DNA of 64,000 nucleotides from Mobula hypostoma (Eukaryota): NCBI RefSeq assembly GCF_963921235.1, contig NC_086097.1, forward strand, positions 48,114,001 to 48,178,000, written 5' to 3'. This document shows, one piece after another, positions 25,790 to 39,000 of this stretch. Position numbers and translations under genes: made by a program. Every line of letters starts with the position of its first letter. Position 1 is the first letter of the stretch. Below the pieces are notes generated by a model. That model was not told the DNA's origin, ran no database searches, and worked only from the letters and a program-made list of their open reading frames with translations.

Positions 25790-26896
25790 GTGTCAGGATG
25801 AGGATTTTCATTCAAGAATGAAGGAGATGTCCTCCTTCAAAGAAATGGGTTTCCCTTCCTCCACCATCAACACTGTCTTCAACCTCATCTCTTCCAATTT
25901 GCGCATTTCTACCCTCACCCCATCCTTCTGCCACCCCACCAGCCTCCAAGTCCAGCACATAACTCTCCGTAGCTTCCACCATCTCCAATGGGATCCAACC
26001 ACCAAACACATCTTTCCCTCCCCCCCCACTTTCTGCTTTCCACAGGGATCGCTCCCTATGCGACTCCTCTGTCCGTTCATCCCTCCCCACTGATCTCCCT
26101 CCTGACACACATCCTTGCAAGTGGAACAAGTGCTACATCTGCCCCCACATCTCCTTCCTCACTACCATTCAGGGCCCCAAACAGTCCTTCCGGGTGAGGT
26201 GACGCTTCAGCTGTGAGTCTGTTGGGGTCATCTACTGTATCTGGTGTCCCTGGTGTGGCCTCCTGTATATCAGTGAGACCCAACATAGATCGGGAAACTG
26301 CTTCACTGAGCATCTATGCTCCGTCTGCCAGAAAAAGTGGGATCTGTCAGTGGCCACCCATTTTAGTACCAATTCCCATTCCCATTCTGACACTGCAGTC
26401 CATGGCCTCAACTGTCATAATGTAGCCACACTCAGGTTGGAGGAGCAACACCTTATATTCTGTCTGGGTAGCCTCCAACCTGATGGCATGAATATAGATG
26501 TCTCTAACTTCCTGTAATGCCCCCTCACCCCCCTTCACGATTCCCCATTTCCTTTTCTCTCCCTCACCTCATCTCCTTACCTGCCCATCACCTCCCGTGG
26601 CATTCCTCTCCCTTTTCTTTATTCTATGGCTTTCTGTCCTCTCCCAGCAGATTCCCCCGTCTCCAGCCCTGTATCTCTTTCACCGCTCAACTTCCCAGCT
26701 CTTTATTTCACCCCTGCCCCCCTCCTGTTTTCACCTATTGCCTTGTCTTTCTTCCTCCCCACCCCCTTTCTAACTCTACTCATCATTGTTTTTTCCTCCT
26801 GTCCTGATGAGGGGTCTCAGCCCAAAACTTTGACTATACTCTTTTCCATAGATGCTGCCTGGCCTACTCAGTTCCTCCAGCACTTTTTGTGTGTCG
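25790..26896 (+). mobile_element. Penelope-like element 3' half (RT end, GIY-YIG remnant, degenerate hammerhead at 26801-26835)
   Basis: DNA homologous to the GIY-YIG ORF at 44572-44895 ('gtcatctactgtatctggtg...ctgtatatcagtgagacc'). Hammerhead reads 'gtc ctgatga ggggtctcagccc aaaa'. Confidence 0.85.
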
Positions 26897-28282
26897 TAAG
26901 GAATCTTATAGGTGTGGTTCTGGGAACACAAGGATAAAGTGCAACTTAATTCCTAAACAGGAAGCAGCATTTAATGCAGACTGCACAATAACAAGTGGAG
27001 TACTGTCGGGAACAACCCTTGCCGAAGGCTATGATAAACAGTAAACTGCTCTCAAACAATTAAGGAGAACACTTATAAACTAATTGCTTGTTTTATGTAT
27101 ATTTTAATTAATATGCCATTTTTGTAAAGGATACAATTAAACTGCTCAATTTTGCTTTTTCAGAAAATGTATCACTGGACCCTTGAAAAGCTCTGTAATT
27201 AAAAACTGGGTATATTTATGGTAAGTGATGATAACCTAATGGGACATCTGTATTTCTTCAGGATGTGGTGTTGTAGTTCCCAGTCAGTGCTATAAAATCA
27301 TTGCTTACACTCTGGCTAGCTAATCACTGCAGTCAAAACAATGGGAAAATAAATTTGCACACATTATGTCTGAGTGGCTTTCCACATGCGGAGGTACATT
27401 TTGAATTTTACTCTTGTGGACAGTGTTAGGGTAAGTAATGACATTGTGGCTGTAATCTATTACTCAAGTGTCAGAAATGCTCATGTGTTATTAGGCTAAC
27501 ATTATCCATCCATGAGCATAGTACCTGAATAAAAAGACCCTTCCTTTAGTTTCAATAAAGTGAATTCACACATACAGTCAATGAATGGGAAAGGGTTCTC
27601 ACTGAGAAAAGCTGTTACAATACTTTTGTTTTGAGCTACAAGCAATTTTTAATAAAAAAGGCTTCAAATGTAATATCATCTTTGACTCTCCCTTTGGCAC
27701 TCTTGTCCTAAAATATGTTTAGTGTGATCGGATCCATGGGCATCACAGTAATTTTCAATAAATCGAGTCCAAGAGCTATCAGGTTGAATGCATCATCACA
27801 CAACCTGATGAGCCAAGTCATCAGATTTGGGTGCACATACTGATCACCTACAGGACTTCGTGCTACTCTGTCAGATTGTTCTTTGTCCTAGAATCTTCCT
27901 GGTTTCTGTTTCACCTGATAATTTACTTCCTTTATTTCTATTTTAGAACTCAAACTGTTTCACAAGTTTCTGTGATCAGCCCGATGCGTATTTTACTCTG
28001 TGAAATGCCTTGGGACTTCTGTTAATGATAGTACCTCATACAGTAACAGACTGAAGACGTGACTGAAATAGTAGGAGTAAATCAGGTGCACTTCTATGAG
28101 TACGTTGGGAGGGATTTCATGGAGGCCAGAAGCCCAAGAGTCGCGGAACTGGAGAATCTAACACAAAGAATGGGAATAAATGGTTGATGGTGGACATGGG
28201 TTCCCATCAGAATGAAGCAATTTGCAGAAACTGTGAATCAAAATGATTAAAACCAGAGATTTTGACAGCAGCTTGTGTTGCC

Positions 28283-28560
28283 ATAAGATCAAAACTACAA
28301 GACTTGGGAGCAGAATTAGGCCATTTAGCCCATCATTTGCTCTGCCATTCTATCATGCCTGATTCATTATCCCCTTCAACCCCATTTTCCTGCTTTTCCC
28401 CATACTGACTGATCAAAAACATATCAGCTTCCACTTTAAATATACCCAATGACCTGTCTATTCCACAGTTCCAACACCCTCTGGCTAGAGAAATTCATCC
28501 TCATCTCGGAAGGAATGCCCTTCTATTCTGAGGCTGTGCCCTCTGGTCCTCGACTCCCCC
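28283..28560 (-). mobile_element. CR1-type LINE 3' end
   Basis: 'ggagcagaattaggccatttagcccatc' is the reverse complement of a CR1 tail. Confidence 0.65.
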
Positions 28561-29109
28561 TTACCTCCTTTCCACTCTGCATCTCTGGTTTTATTGCACT
28601 GAAGTTCACATATTATTTGTTCTGTTGCCCAACCCATGTGATTGATCTCTGCATTTCAAATTCCAGTGATCCTGCTTCATTCCGTCTATACCCCTGTAGA
28701 CAGGAATTTACATTTTATTGCCTCTGTGCTTTTCTGCAGGGTTCTTCACCTAAAGCTTTTTGCACATCAAGTTTTTTAACCATTTCACACTGTCAGTATT
28801 TGTTCTAACTGAACAGGAATCCTTCTGCAAGAGAGTGTCTTTATTTCTATGTATTCATATCATGACATTGCAAGATGTTAAAATTGCCAGAGCAGATACA
28901 GTTCATACTGCTTTATATGAGTGACACAAAGTTTAGAGTACCAAAAAAAATTTTTGCTGCAAGGTTTCATCTTTGGCTATTCTGGTGGTGAAAAACAGGT
29001 TCTGATTCTGACCCACACTGCACTTATTAATTTTGGGTTAACTGTGATTGACGGCACTACTCCAGGCTTCACATTTTCAAGCAAGATCATCCAGAGTTCT
29101 GCTCGCTTA

Positions 29110-30900
29110 TCTCGAAGCGTCTACAAGAAACGCTGCCACAAGAAAGTAGCGTCCATCATCAAAGGCCGCCACCATCCATTCTTGCCGTCGGGAAGGAGGT
29201 AAGGGAGTCTTAAGTCCCACTCCACCAGGTTCACGTTCACTTTTCACCCATCAGGCTCCTGAATCAGTGTGGATAACTTTACTCACTTGAACTCTGAGCC
29301 CTTCACTCAACCCTGGAACATCTCGATGCTCTTTATTGACTGCAGCTCAACATTCAATAACATCATCCCCTCAGAACTAATCTATAAGCTCCAAGACCTT
29401 GGCCTCAATACGTCCTTGTGCAATTGGATCTTTGATACCCTTACTTGTAGATCTGAGTCAGTTTGGAAAGGCAACATCATCTCCCCCACGATCTCCATCA
29501 GCACAGGTACACCACAAGGCTGTGGGCTTGGCCCCCTGCTCTACTCGCTTTACACTTACGACTGTGTGGCCAAGCACAGCACCAATGCCATACTTAAGTT
29601 TGCCGATGGAGCCACTATCATAGGCCGAATCAAAGGTGGAAACAAACCAGTATATAGGAAGGAGATTGAAAATCTGGCTGAGTGGTGTCATAAAATCAAC
29701 CTCTTACTCAGTGCCAAGAAGACCAGGAGAAAGAAACCAGAGGGTCTTGAGCCAGTCCTCATCGGAGGATCAGAGGTGGAGAGGGTCAGTAACTTTAAAT
29801 TGCTCTGGGTTGTTATTTCAGAGCACCTGTCCAGGACCAAGTACATATGTGCAATTATGAAGAAAACCCAATAACACCTCTACTTTTTTTTAGGTTATGA
29901 GGACACTCAGTCCTCGTTTATTGTCATTTAGAAATGCATGCATTAAAAAATGATACAATGTTCCTCCAGTATGATATCACAGAAACACAAGACAGACCAA
30001 GACTAAAACTGACAAAAACCACATAATTATAACATACAGTTACAACAGTGCAAAGCAATACCGTAATTTGATAAAGAACAGACCATGGGCACGGTAAAAA
30101 AAAGTCTCAAGGTCTCGATAGCCCCAACATCTCATGCAGACGGTAGAAGGGAGAAATTTTCCCTGCCGTGAGCTTCCAGCGCCGCAAACTTGCTGATGCA
30201 GCACCCTGGAAGCACCCGACCACAGTCCGACTCTGAGTCCGTCCAAAAACTTTGAGCCTCCGACCAGCCCTCCGACACTGAGCTCCGAGCACTATCTCTG
30301 CCAAGCACCTCAACCCTGGCCCCGGCCGCCAAGCGACAGGCAAAGTCAAGGATTCAGAGCCTTCCCCTCTGGAGATTTTGGATCACACAGTAGCAGCGGC
30401 AGCGAAACAGGCATTCAAAAAGTTTCACCAGATGTTACTCTGTGCTCTCACGTCCGTCTCCATCAAATCAGAATTGTGCACGGCCTCCTACTTGACAGAT
30501 AACAGATATTCATCACCGGAGAGGCCGCGCGCGCTGCGTTGCGCCGCCATCTTCTCCTCCCACATTAATTCCTTCCGTAGGAGTTTGCAAAGATTCAGCA
30601 TGACATCTAAACCTTGACAAACTTCTATAGGCATGCACTGGGGAGTATATTGACTGGTTGCATTTCGGCCTGGTATGGAAACACCAATGCCCTTTAATGA
30701 AAAATCCTGCTAAAAGCAGTGGATACAGCCCAGTCCATCACAGGTAAAACCCTCCCTACCACTGAATACCAAATAGTTTCAGTCTTTCATTGATTCTGTT
30801 GTGGTTATTATTCTATGGATTTATTAAGTATGCACAAAAAATGAATCTCATAGTTGTATATGATGACTTATATGCACTTTGATAATAAATTTACTTAAAA
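29110..30900 (+). mobile_element. Rex/Babar-like LINE remnant with RT ORF fragment (about 29316-29874), split by an insertion at 29884-30562
   Basis: MLFIDCSSTFNNIIP..GTPQGCGLGPLLYSLYTYDC..LKFADG are non-LTR RT motifs, with FADD changed to FADG. LINE sequence resumes at about 30570 and ends 'aataaatttactt'. Confidence 0.88.
29884..30562 (-). mobile_element. Non-coding, CpG-rich retroposon with AAGATGGCGG head and A-rich tail
   Basis: - strand starts 'ggaggagaagatggcggcg' and ends 'aataaacgaggactgagtgtcctcataacctaaaaaaaa'. Interrupts a LINE. Confidence 0.7.
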
Positions 30901-32408
30901 CATTGGAAAGTATGGGTGTACAGTAGGGTGCACATACTGTATGTATAGCAAAGGCACCCAAGACTTTTGCACAGTACTGTATATGCCAATGTGGAGAGGA
31001 GAGCGAGTTTGTAAATCTGGAGGGAGCAAAGGATGTTGGAAGTGGCAAGTGTGGAGCTCAGCAGGAGGGGTGTGGGACAGGTGGCAAAGAAGGAGTGATA
31101 TGGGTGGGGGATGGTGGGGTGGAGCGGGCAGACAGATGCCCAGCTCTGAGATACCTGGCAAGGTCACTTGATTCCAGGCAACTGGTTTTGTTGATCATTA
31201 CAGAATGTCTCCCTGGTGCTTCCTGCTCCATCCCTTCTCTCTTCCACTTTTCCCAACCTTCATTTCTCTCTTCCTGCCCCTTTCCTGCTCTCAGTCCACG
31301 ATAGAGGCCCAGATCAGAATCAGGTTTATATCACTCACACGTCATGAAAGTTGTTTTTTTTTGCAGCAGTACAGTGCAGTACATAAAATTACTACATTAA
31401 TTACTAAGCTTACTACAGTAATCTTAGGCACCCTAGCTATGTAAATATGTGCCCAAGACTTTTGCACAGTATGGTATATGGACATCAATTGAGCACCTGA
31501 TCAGCAGTGATTATGCTGCCAACAGGTAGCCTGGTAGCTTTCACAAACTAGCTTCCCATGTGTGGATTGCTCCCCTAGCGGAGATACCAGTTAGCAGCTG
31601 GCAAATGACAGTGAATTATGAGTAGAAATAGATGACATGGCCCCTTAATCTTGTTCCATAATTTATTAAGTCTCCCTTCAACTCCCAGTAACCTTTCATC
31701 CCTTTCTTTACCAAGTATTTATCTACCACTGTCTTATATTTATACAGTCTTTGTGAAAAAGATTTTAAAAAGCTCATTACCCAGAGGGAGAATAAAAAAA
31801 CCTCATTTTGTTCTCAAATGTGTGACCTCTTATTTTTAACTATGACCCACTAGTTGTAGGCTCTCTGACAAAATGAATCATCTTTTCTGCATCCATCTGT
31901 TAACACCCATCAGGATCATCTTATGGATTCCAGGATCAAGTCCCCTTTCACTCTTTCAAGATAAGACATGGCTCGGGACTTGTAAGAGAAGAAAGATGGT
32001 ACCTTTTGAGTGAACTAAACAGTTTAATTCTTTAAGAAATCAACTTTCTCACAGCCTTTCATGCAAAGTTGTGGGTCACATTAAAGTCTTCTAAGCCTCT
32101 GGGTATAAATCTATGTTAATGCTGAGCATCAATAAATTAGCACGAGGGTTTAAAATTCACACTGTTGGTTCTTTGTTCTTACTGAACAGGAATCATTTTG
32201 TAAGAGGGTGTCTTTATTTCAGTGACACATGATGGTTAGTGGACTGTCTGCCCATTGTACACTTCAGCTGATATCTGTGTCTATCACATTCAACCTTTGC
32301 TCTCCCTGCTCACTCCTGGACACCAATGATTACTGGAATTACCTGATCCTCCAATTTGTAGGCAAGTCTTGTTCTTAAATGACCCACAAATAAGTCAATA
32401 TTAATCTT

Positions 32409-32935
32409 GATATGTCTATCCACGGCCTCCTCTTCTGTAAAGATGAAGCCACATTCAGGTTGGAGGAACAACACCTTATATTCCGTCTGGGTAGCCTCCA
32501 ACCTGATGGTATGAACATTGACTTCTCAAACTTCGGCTAATGCCCCACCTCCCCCTCGTACCCCATCCGTTATTTATTTATATACACACATTCTTTTTCA
32601 CTCTCTCCTTTTTCTCCCTCTGTCTCTCTCACTATACCCCTTGCCCATCCTCTAGGCTTCCCCCCTCCCCCTTTTCCTTCTCCCTGGGCCTCCTGTCCCA
32701 TGATCCTCTCATATCCCTTTTGCCTATCACCTGTCCAGCTCTTGGCTCCATCCCTCCCCCTCCCGTCTTCTCCTATCATTTTGGATCTCCCCCTCCCCCC
32801 CAACTTTCAAATCCCTTACTCACTCTTCCTTCAGTTAGTCCTGACGAAGGGTCTCGGCCTGAAACGTCGACTGTACCTCTTCCTACAGATGCTGCCTGGC
32901 CTGCTGCGTTCACCAGCAACTTTGATGTGTGTTGC
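32409..32935 (+). mobile_element. 5'-truncated Penelope-like insertion
   Basis: GIY-YIG C-terminal DNA (RLEEQHLIFRLGSLQPDGMNIDFSNF). Flanked by tcaatattaatctt / tcaatattaaactt (32395-32408, 32936-32949). Confidence 0.88.
32837..32872 (+). ncRNA. Minimal type-I hammerhead ribozyme motif
   Basis: AGTC (stem I) - CTGACGA - AGG gtctcgg CCT (stem II) - GAA - ACGT (palindromic stem III) - C / GACT (stem I'). Predicted cleavage after GUC at 32868. Confidence 0.8.
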
Positions 32936-35900
32936 TCAATATTAAACTTCTTTATTTTGTCCTTACAAATTTAATACTATGGTGTGCATGAGTAATTTCA
33001 GATAGCACACCACAGATCTCTGCTGATATTTGCCAAGATTAGTAAAAATAACTTAAGTACTATGAGTTGCTGAAGTCGTAAGTCACATTAACTTCGGTGC
33101 CATTCTGCCCTTCCATCTAACAAAACAAGAAGAAAGGAACATACATCAAAGAACTGTTTTAGAAAGTATCCTCATACGATTCTTGTATATTTTGTACAAA
33201 GAATTTACGTTTGTGGTGGCCTATGCATTTGTGAATGTGATGCTAACTGTGGCCTTGGGAATGCCTACAGCTTCACCAACCCCTCTTCTTATGATACAGT
33301 ATCATGCAACATCACAAAATTGGTCACAAAATTGAAAATTCCTGGGACTCTTTCCAAATTGTGTGGTAATGCTACCATCCTCCATATTTGCAATTGAAGT
33401 AGCACATAATTGCAATACTGAACTCCATGCTCAAAGAACATGCATCATTTGTGTGTTCAGCTTCTTTGCAACTTAATATATTAAGGTATTCTCTCCTGCC
33501 ACAGGACAACAAACGTTTTGCATTCCATTGTTATTTTTGCCATGTTACTGTGAGCTACGCAGAAAACATTGTGATTTGACCATGTTACTAGAAATGGAAA
33601 TATCAGGATTAACTTGTTCTTATGAATTGTACAAATAAGCTTTATTAACTTATGATTGATTGCGGAATACTGCAATATCAGAAAATGGTTGTATGGTGCA
33701 TTACTGCTATTGAAGTGCAACACAATTTAATAATGTCTTAGGGAGCATAGTCACAACTGTTATAACACTATAAACATTGTTGCTGAACTTGAAGGCAGTT
33801 ACAGCTTCCAGACTACTGATAATGTGAATCCCTCCCTTCAGTCTTTTCCACTGAATGTTTAATGTCCATCACTATTCTGGCAGCAAGATTCATCAAATCA
33901 ATCCAGCCTTTCTGTTCTCCTTTCAAATTGGCTAAAATTAGCCCTTATGTTTTGGCCATATGTTTTCTGTATGTCTGTTCCTGAGATGTGGAATTAGTCT
34001 TTAGGCATTTTTTCATAGTAGGTCTTAAATCAAGCTTTGTGTTCTGGTTGTGGGGTGATAAGATCTAATCATCCCAGAATTTCCCCTCCCACCCTCCTCT
34101 CCTGCTGCATAGGTGGCTTTCATTTCCTGAGTGTGATTTGTTTTTTTAGAGTTTTCATTTTAGACTTTGCATCAGTAACAGGAAATGAGCATGGAGCCTT
34201 TGAAAGGCAGGATGAAAAAGTGCCTTTCCAAAATTGGTTTACAAGTGCAGTGCATGTGAGCTGTCATTATCAGTTCAAGGGAAAATCACATCACTATTAT
34301 GTTCCTCCAAACAGCTGTGTAACTTTTTTTTCCTGTCATGTTCAATAAGCATAGGGAACACCTCAATAATAAATTTGAGATTTATCTTTGCCTTTCAAGA
34401 AACTTTATTTTTTACTAAATATTATATAAACTTTTGTTCCCTTGACTCCCATCTTCCCAAAGCAGAAATTTTGACCAGCTTTGTACAACTTAAATACCAC
34501 GAAATTGTAAACCACTTGTATAACATTTATTGTGGCTAAAGCAAAAAAAACAGTAACTTGACATTTGTTGTCAAGTTTTGAGAGCCTTTCTTGTTACGAG
34601 GGTGACTGCTTCCTTCCAGTAGCAAATGAGATTTAATCCAAGATCCTCCAACTACTTCATAGCAAACCTAATCATTTTGTGCAAAATGGTGTAGTGAGGA
34701 GGTCAGACTGCCAAGTTTGTCTAAGAATCTAACCCCATGATATCATTTCCTTGTTGGTATTCAAGGGCGTGGAGTAGACCTTTAAGTGACTCGGACTTAA
34801 AAGATATTGCACTATTGTTATGAGTTGCAATGTACTCCCCCCCCCAATAAAATCTTCATCTTTTTTTAAAAAAACAGGTGTCAGATTCCTTATGCAGCTT
34901 AAATTCACAGTCTGAATTTTGGCTGTTCCCTTTTAAGAACACTGTCCTGGGAAACGAAGTGTTAGAGGAAATTCTGTTTCCACTAAGGTCTGGAATTGCA
35001 GGGTGCAATTGTTTCAAGTTAGTAGCTTGTTTGAAAAGGAAAGAACTTCCTATGGCTCATGATAGGTTTTCCTAAGTTTGGCAGAGTTCACTGTGAACTA
35101 TGCAGCAGACAATTTTCTTTCCTGATCCTATTTTGCAAATCAGGAAAACTACGAGGTCATAAATGAACCCACCCAGACTTGTTTGTGAGAAGGACGTAAC
35201 GCCCTTTGGTAAAAAACTGATAGACAATAAGCAAGAGCAAAGTAAACTGTGATACACGCAGTTATATAAATAAGGAGATTTCTGAAAAAGGAGAGGGAGA
35301 GCAAGGTAAGAAGAAAATGTTAAGGTTGAGAAGATAGTAGCAAAAAACAGAAGGCCCGTATTGATTTTAGAGTAATGTGAAGCATAACATAGGAAGAGAT
35401 GCAGTGGTAGATGAAACAATACCACAGAAGGAACAGATGAAGATGGGATTTTCAAAAGTTAATGAATTATTGAGAACATGATTGATCGTTGTGTAGGACA
35501 GGAATGGTCTTTAACTTTCTGGACAACTTGGAGCTAGATAGACCAGAAGGTGTTTGTTGAGGAAAATATAGGAGAAATCAAGCCTACATATGCTTTTGGT
35601 GTGGATAAAACTTTATAATGGAGTGTCTGAGAGGACTGATGAGAAGAGTTCTGAAGATGAAGATAGAATCTCAAGGATAGATCACACATGGTCGTAGATT
35701 AAGTGACCTGCTTATTTCAGCCAAAGATCCACCTGTAGCATTGAATTTATTGTGATTACATGATAACTTCAAAGGGGCAGATTCATCAAATGTATTTGAG
35801 TTCATAATTGCCCACCTGTTGGATGTACCGTTGGCTTTGAGAAACATTTGTCTGTCCCATTACAGTTGAGGAAGGGTAGTGGCAGGATTGAGTAACATGT

Positions 35901-36004
35901 TAGGTGGCTTAGAAATTCAAGCCTGCCCTTTGGGCAGTGGGTGGTCAAAGTTGCAAGCTCCAATGATGATTTTGGGCCTGCCATTGCAAATGTTAGTTGA
36001 GGAG

Positions 36005-39000
36005 TGTTGTGTCTGTTCACAACTATATATTGATTAAACAAAAGCACGCACTTGGGCAATGGCGTTAACTGGTGTTTTCACATGGCAGCGAGAGAGAGAA
36101 CAACATGCATGGGCAGACAACAGGCCAATATGTAGTGCTAGGGGGCGGGCCATTGCTCTAAAAGAAATAGATCCATACATTACATATCCTCCCCCTTTAG
36201 ATTAATGGAACATAAAACTGAATGTACAAAACATTCAATTTTCCTTTCATAAACCCATATTCCAAATAAATATGCTTTCACAATAACAGCCAGTTACTAA
36301 CTTCACAGTCCTAAAGATTGAGTCTTTTGGGTGGTGCTGTGTTTCTTTCAGGATAGCACCTCTGGGACTGAGGAGTGGCTTCACATTTGGTAGGCATCTT
36401 GTCTAAGATAATGTTCTCCGTTTCCAGTGTCACTTTGCTGTCAGTGACATCATCACTGACAGGTAGGTCCAGTGACTGTAATGTGCCTGTCTTGTTCGAT
36501 GCAGTTGACTCAGGTGTGTTCTTTGGTTGAGCATCCAGTATCTGGTCCACATGACATCTCCATGTCTGATCTCCAACATCCGCTGTGTACGTCAATGGCC
36601 CAGTTCTTGTCCTATTGGCTGTGCACTTGTCCTCTCGGTAATCAAGCGCTATGACTTCTTGTCCAATCTCAAAGTTCCTTGCTGCTTCACTTGGCAACTG
36701 GCTGAACTGTTCATTCTGTAATTCCCTCCAGAGGTCTGGTTTCAGAAGGTCTATGCGAGATCTCAGATTCCTGCTCATGAACAGCGTTGCAGGAGTTTGA
36801 TTTGACATCACATGGGCAAAGTTCTGGTACACAAAAAGGAAGTTGTCCACCTTGTGCTGTAGAGAAATGTCCTCCTTGTCCATCGCCTTAATGGACTTCT
36901 TGAATATTTGGATAAACCTTTCAGCTAACCCATTCATTGCTGGGTGGTGAGGAGCTGTATTCAGTGTCTGGTGCCATTTTTCTTCATGCGCTGTCGGATT
37001 TCTTCCGACGTGTATTGTGGACTGTTGTCATGCACAATTTGTTCTGGTAAGCTGTTTCTAGCAAAGATAGTCCTCAGAGCGTAAGTAGTCTTGGCTGAGG
37101 TGGTTGATTTCATTTGTATAACCTCCGGACGCTTCAAATGGACAATCACAGCAATCAGAAACATGGGGTCCATGAATGGCCCAGCAAAGTCAATATGTAC
37201 TCTTTGTCATGGTGATGACAGCAACTCCCAAGGGTGTAATGGTGCCTCTGGGGGTGCATTTTGAACTTTTTAGTATTCCAAACAGCTTTTGGCCAAGCCT
37301 TCGATCTGTTTATCGATTCCCGACCACCACACATAGTTCCAGGTGAAACTCTTCATCTTGACTGTACCCAGCTGGCCTTTGTGCAGATTTTCTAACACTC
37401 TGGTATACAGCTTAGAGGGAACCACAACACAAGATCCACACACCAGTGTTTTTTTGACATGTAGTTGGTCTTGTTTCACTGAGAACTTTGGAAACGTAGG
37501 ATTACTGTGAGCTTACTATCCTTGCATGGTGATTTCATAGACTTTTGACAATGTTGGGTCATTCCTTGTTTCCCTTTGTATTTTGAAATTTGTTACCGGC
37601 AACTGGTCCACCAATATGGTATGGAACACTTCTGCTGGGTCACAGTATGAAGACTTTTCTTTAGTTGTCAATAGTGGAAGATGTAACAAGCCATCAGCAT
37701 TAGCGTGTTGTTTGGTACCCTTGAACTCTATATCATAAGAGTGGGTTCCTAGGAATAGTGCCAATGTTGTAACTGGGTAGCGGTCATCACTGGAATACTC
37801 TTCCTGGGATTTAAAATGGACTCAAGGGACTGGTGATCTGTCATTAGTGTAAACTTTTGTCTGTAGAGATAGTGGTGGAACTTTTTTATTCCCCATACTA
37901 GACTCAGGGCCTCTCGGTCGATCTGTGCGTAGTTGAGTTCCACACTCGTCGGGGATCTTGAAGAAAACACAGTTGAGCGTTCACGTCCATCTTTCATAAT
38001 ATGTGACAAAACTGCTCTAACTCCGTAAGCGGACAAATTGCACACCTGTCTGATGGGCAGAAATGGGTCATAACCCATTATGAGCAGTTCATCAGATATT
38101 ATTAGTCCCTGTTTCCTTGAATGCTTTTTCACTTCTTTCTGACCATTCCCACTTTGCTCCTATCTGTAGCAGTGTGTTCGATGGATGCAGCACTGTAGCA
38201 ATGTTTGGGAGAAACCAGTGGAGGTAGTTTACAAGGCCCAAGTATGACCTGAGTTATGACACAGTTTCCGGTTTGGGTGCCTGTAGCACTGCTTCAATCT
38301 TCTCTTGTGACTTATGTAAGCCATGTTTGTCAATGACATGTCCACAATATGAGATTTCATTCTTGAAAATCTCACATTTCTCTCTTCGCGCACAGACCAT
38401 ACTCACTCTACCCGGTAAGCACTTTACCAAGGTTCTAGAGGTGCTCTTCATCATTTTTGCCAGTCATGATGATGTCATCAAGGTAAATTGTGTTCCTGGG
38501 ATATCTTGAATGTGACACCAAAGATGAGATAATAATACTGGAACAGTTCCTTTGCGTATTGATTGTAAGGAACTTTCTGCTTGACTCCTCAATCTCTATT
38601 TGCAGATAAGCTTGAGACAATCTCTGAAAGCCACTTCCTGCCTACCAAAGATGCAAAAATGTCTTCTATTCATGGCAGGGGATACTGCACAGTACGTAGC
38701 ATCGGACTGATGCTCACCTTGAAATCCCCACGTATGCAAACGGCTCTGGCCTTCCCTTTCTTGATCACTGGGACAATGGGCGTGGCCCAATCGCTCCACT
38801 CAACGTTGGAGAGAATTCCAGATGCCTCCAAGCTCTGCAGTTCAGCATCCACTTTAGGGCATTGTGTGTAAGGCACTGGACGCGCTTTATGGAATGTTGA
38901 TGTTGTTTCATCCAGTTGAATTCTGGCTTTCATGCCTTTGAGTTTACCAATACCCTTTTCAAACACCTTCTCATTAGCATTAAGCAGTTGTGCCAGTCTC

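Noticed and set aside
29269..29874. 201-aa ORF as a host gene
   Set aside because: It is a LINE RT fragment with a broken catalytic motif (FADG) and a chimeric start.
36311..36937. 208-aa ORF as a domesticated integrase
   Set aside because: It lies inside an LTR-bounded element with many stops and frameshifts; no sign of selective retention.
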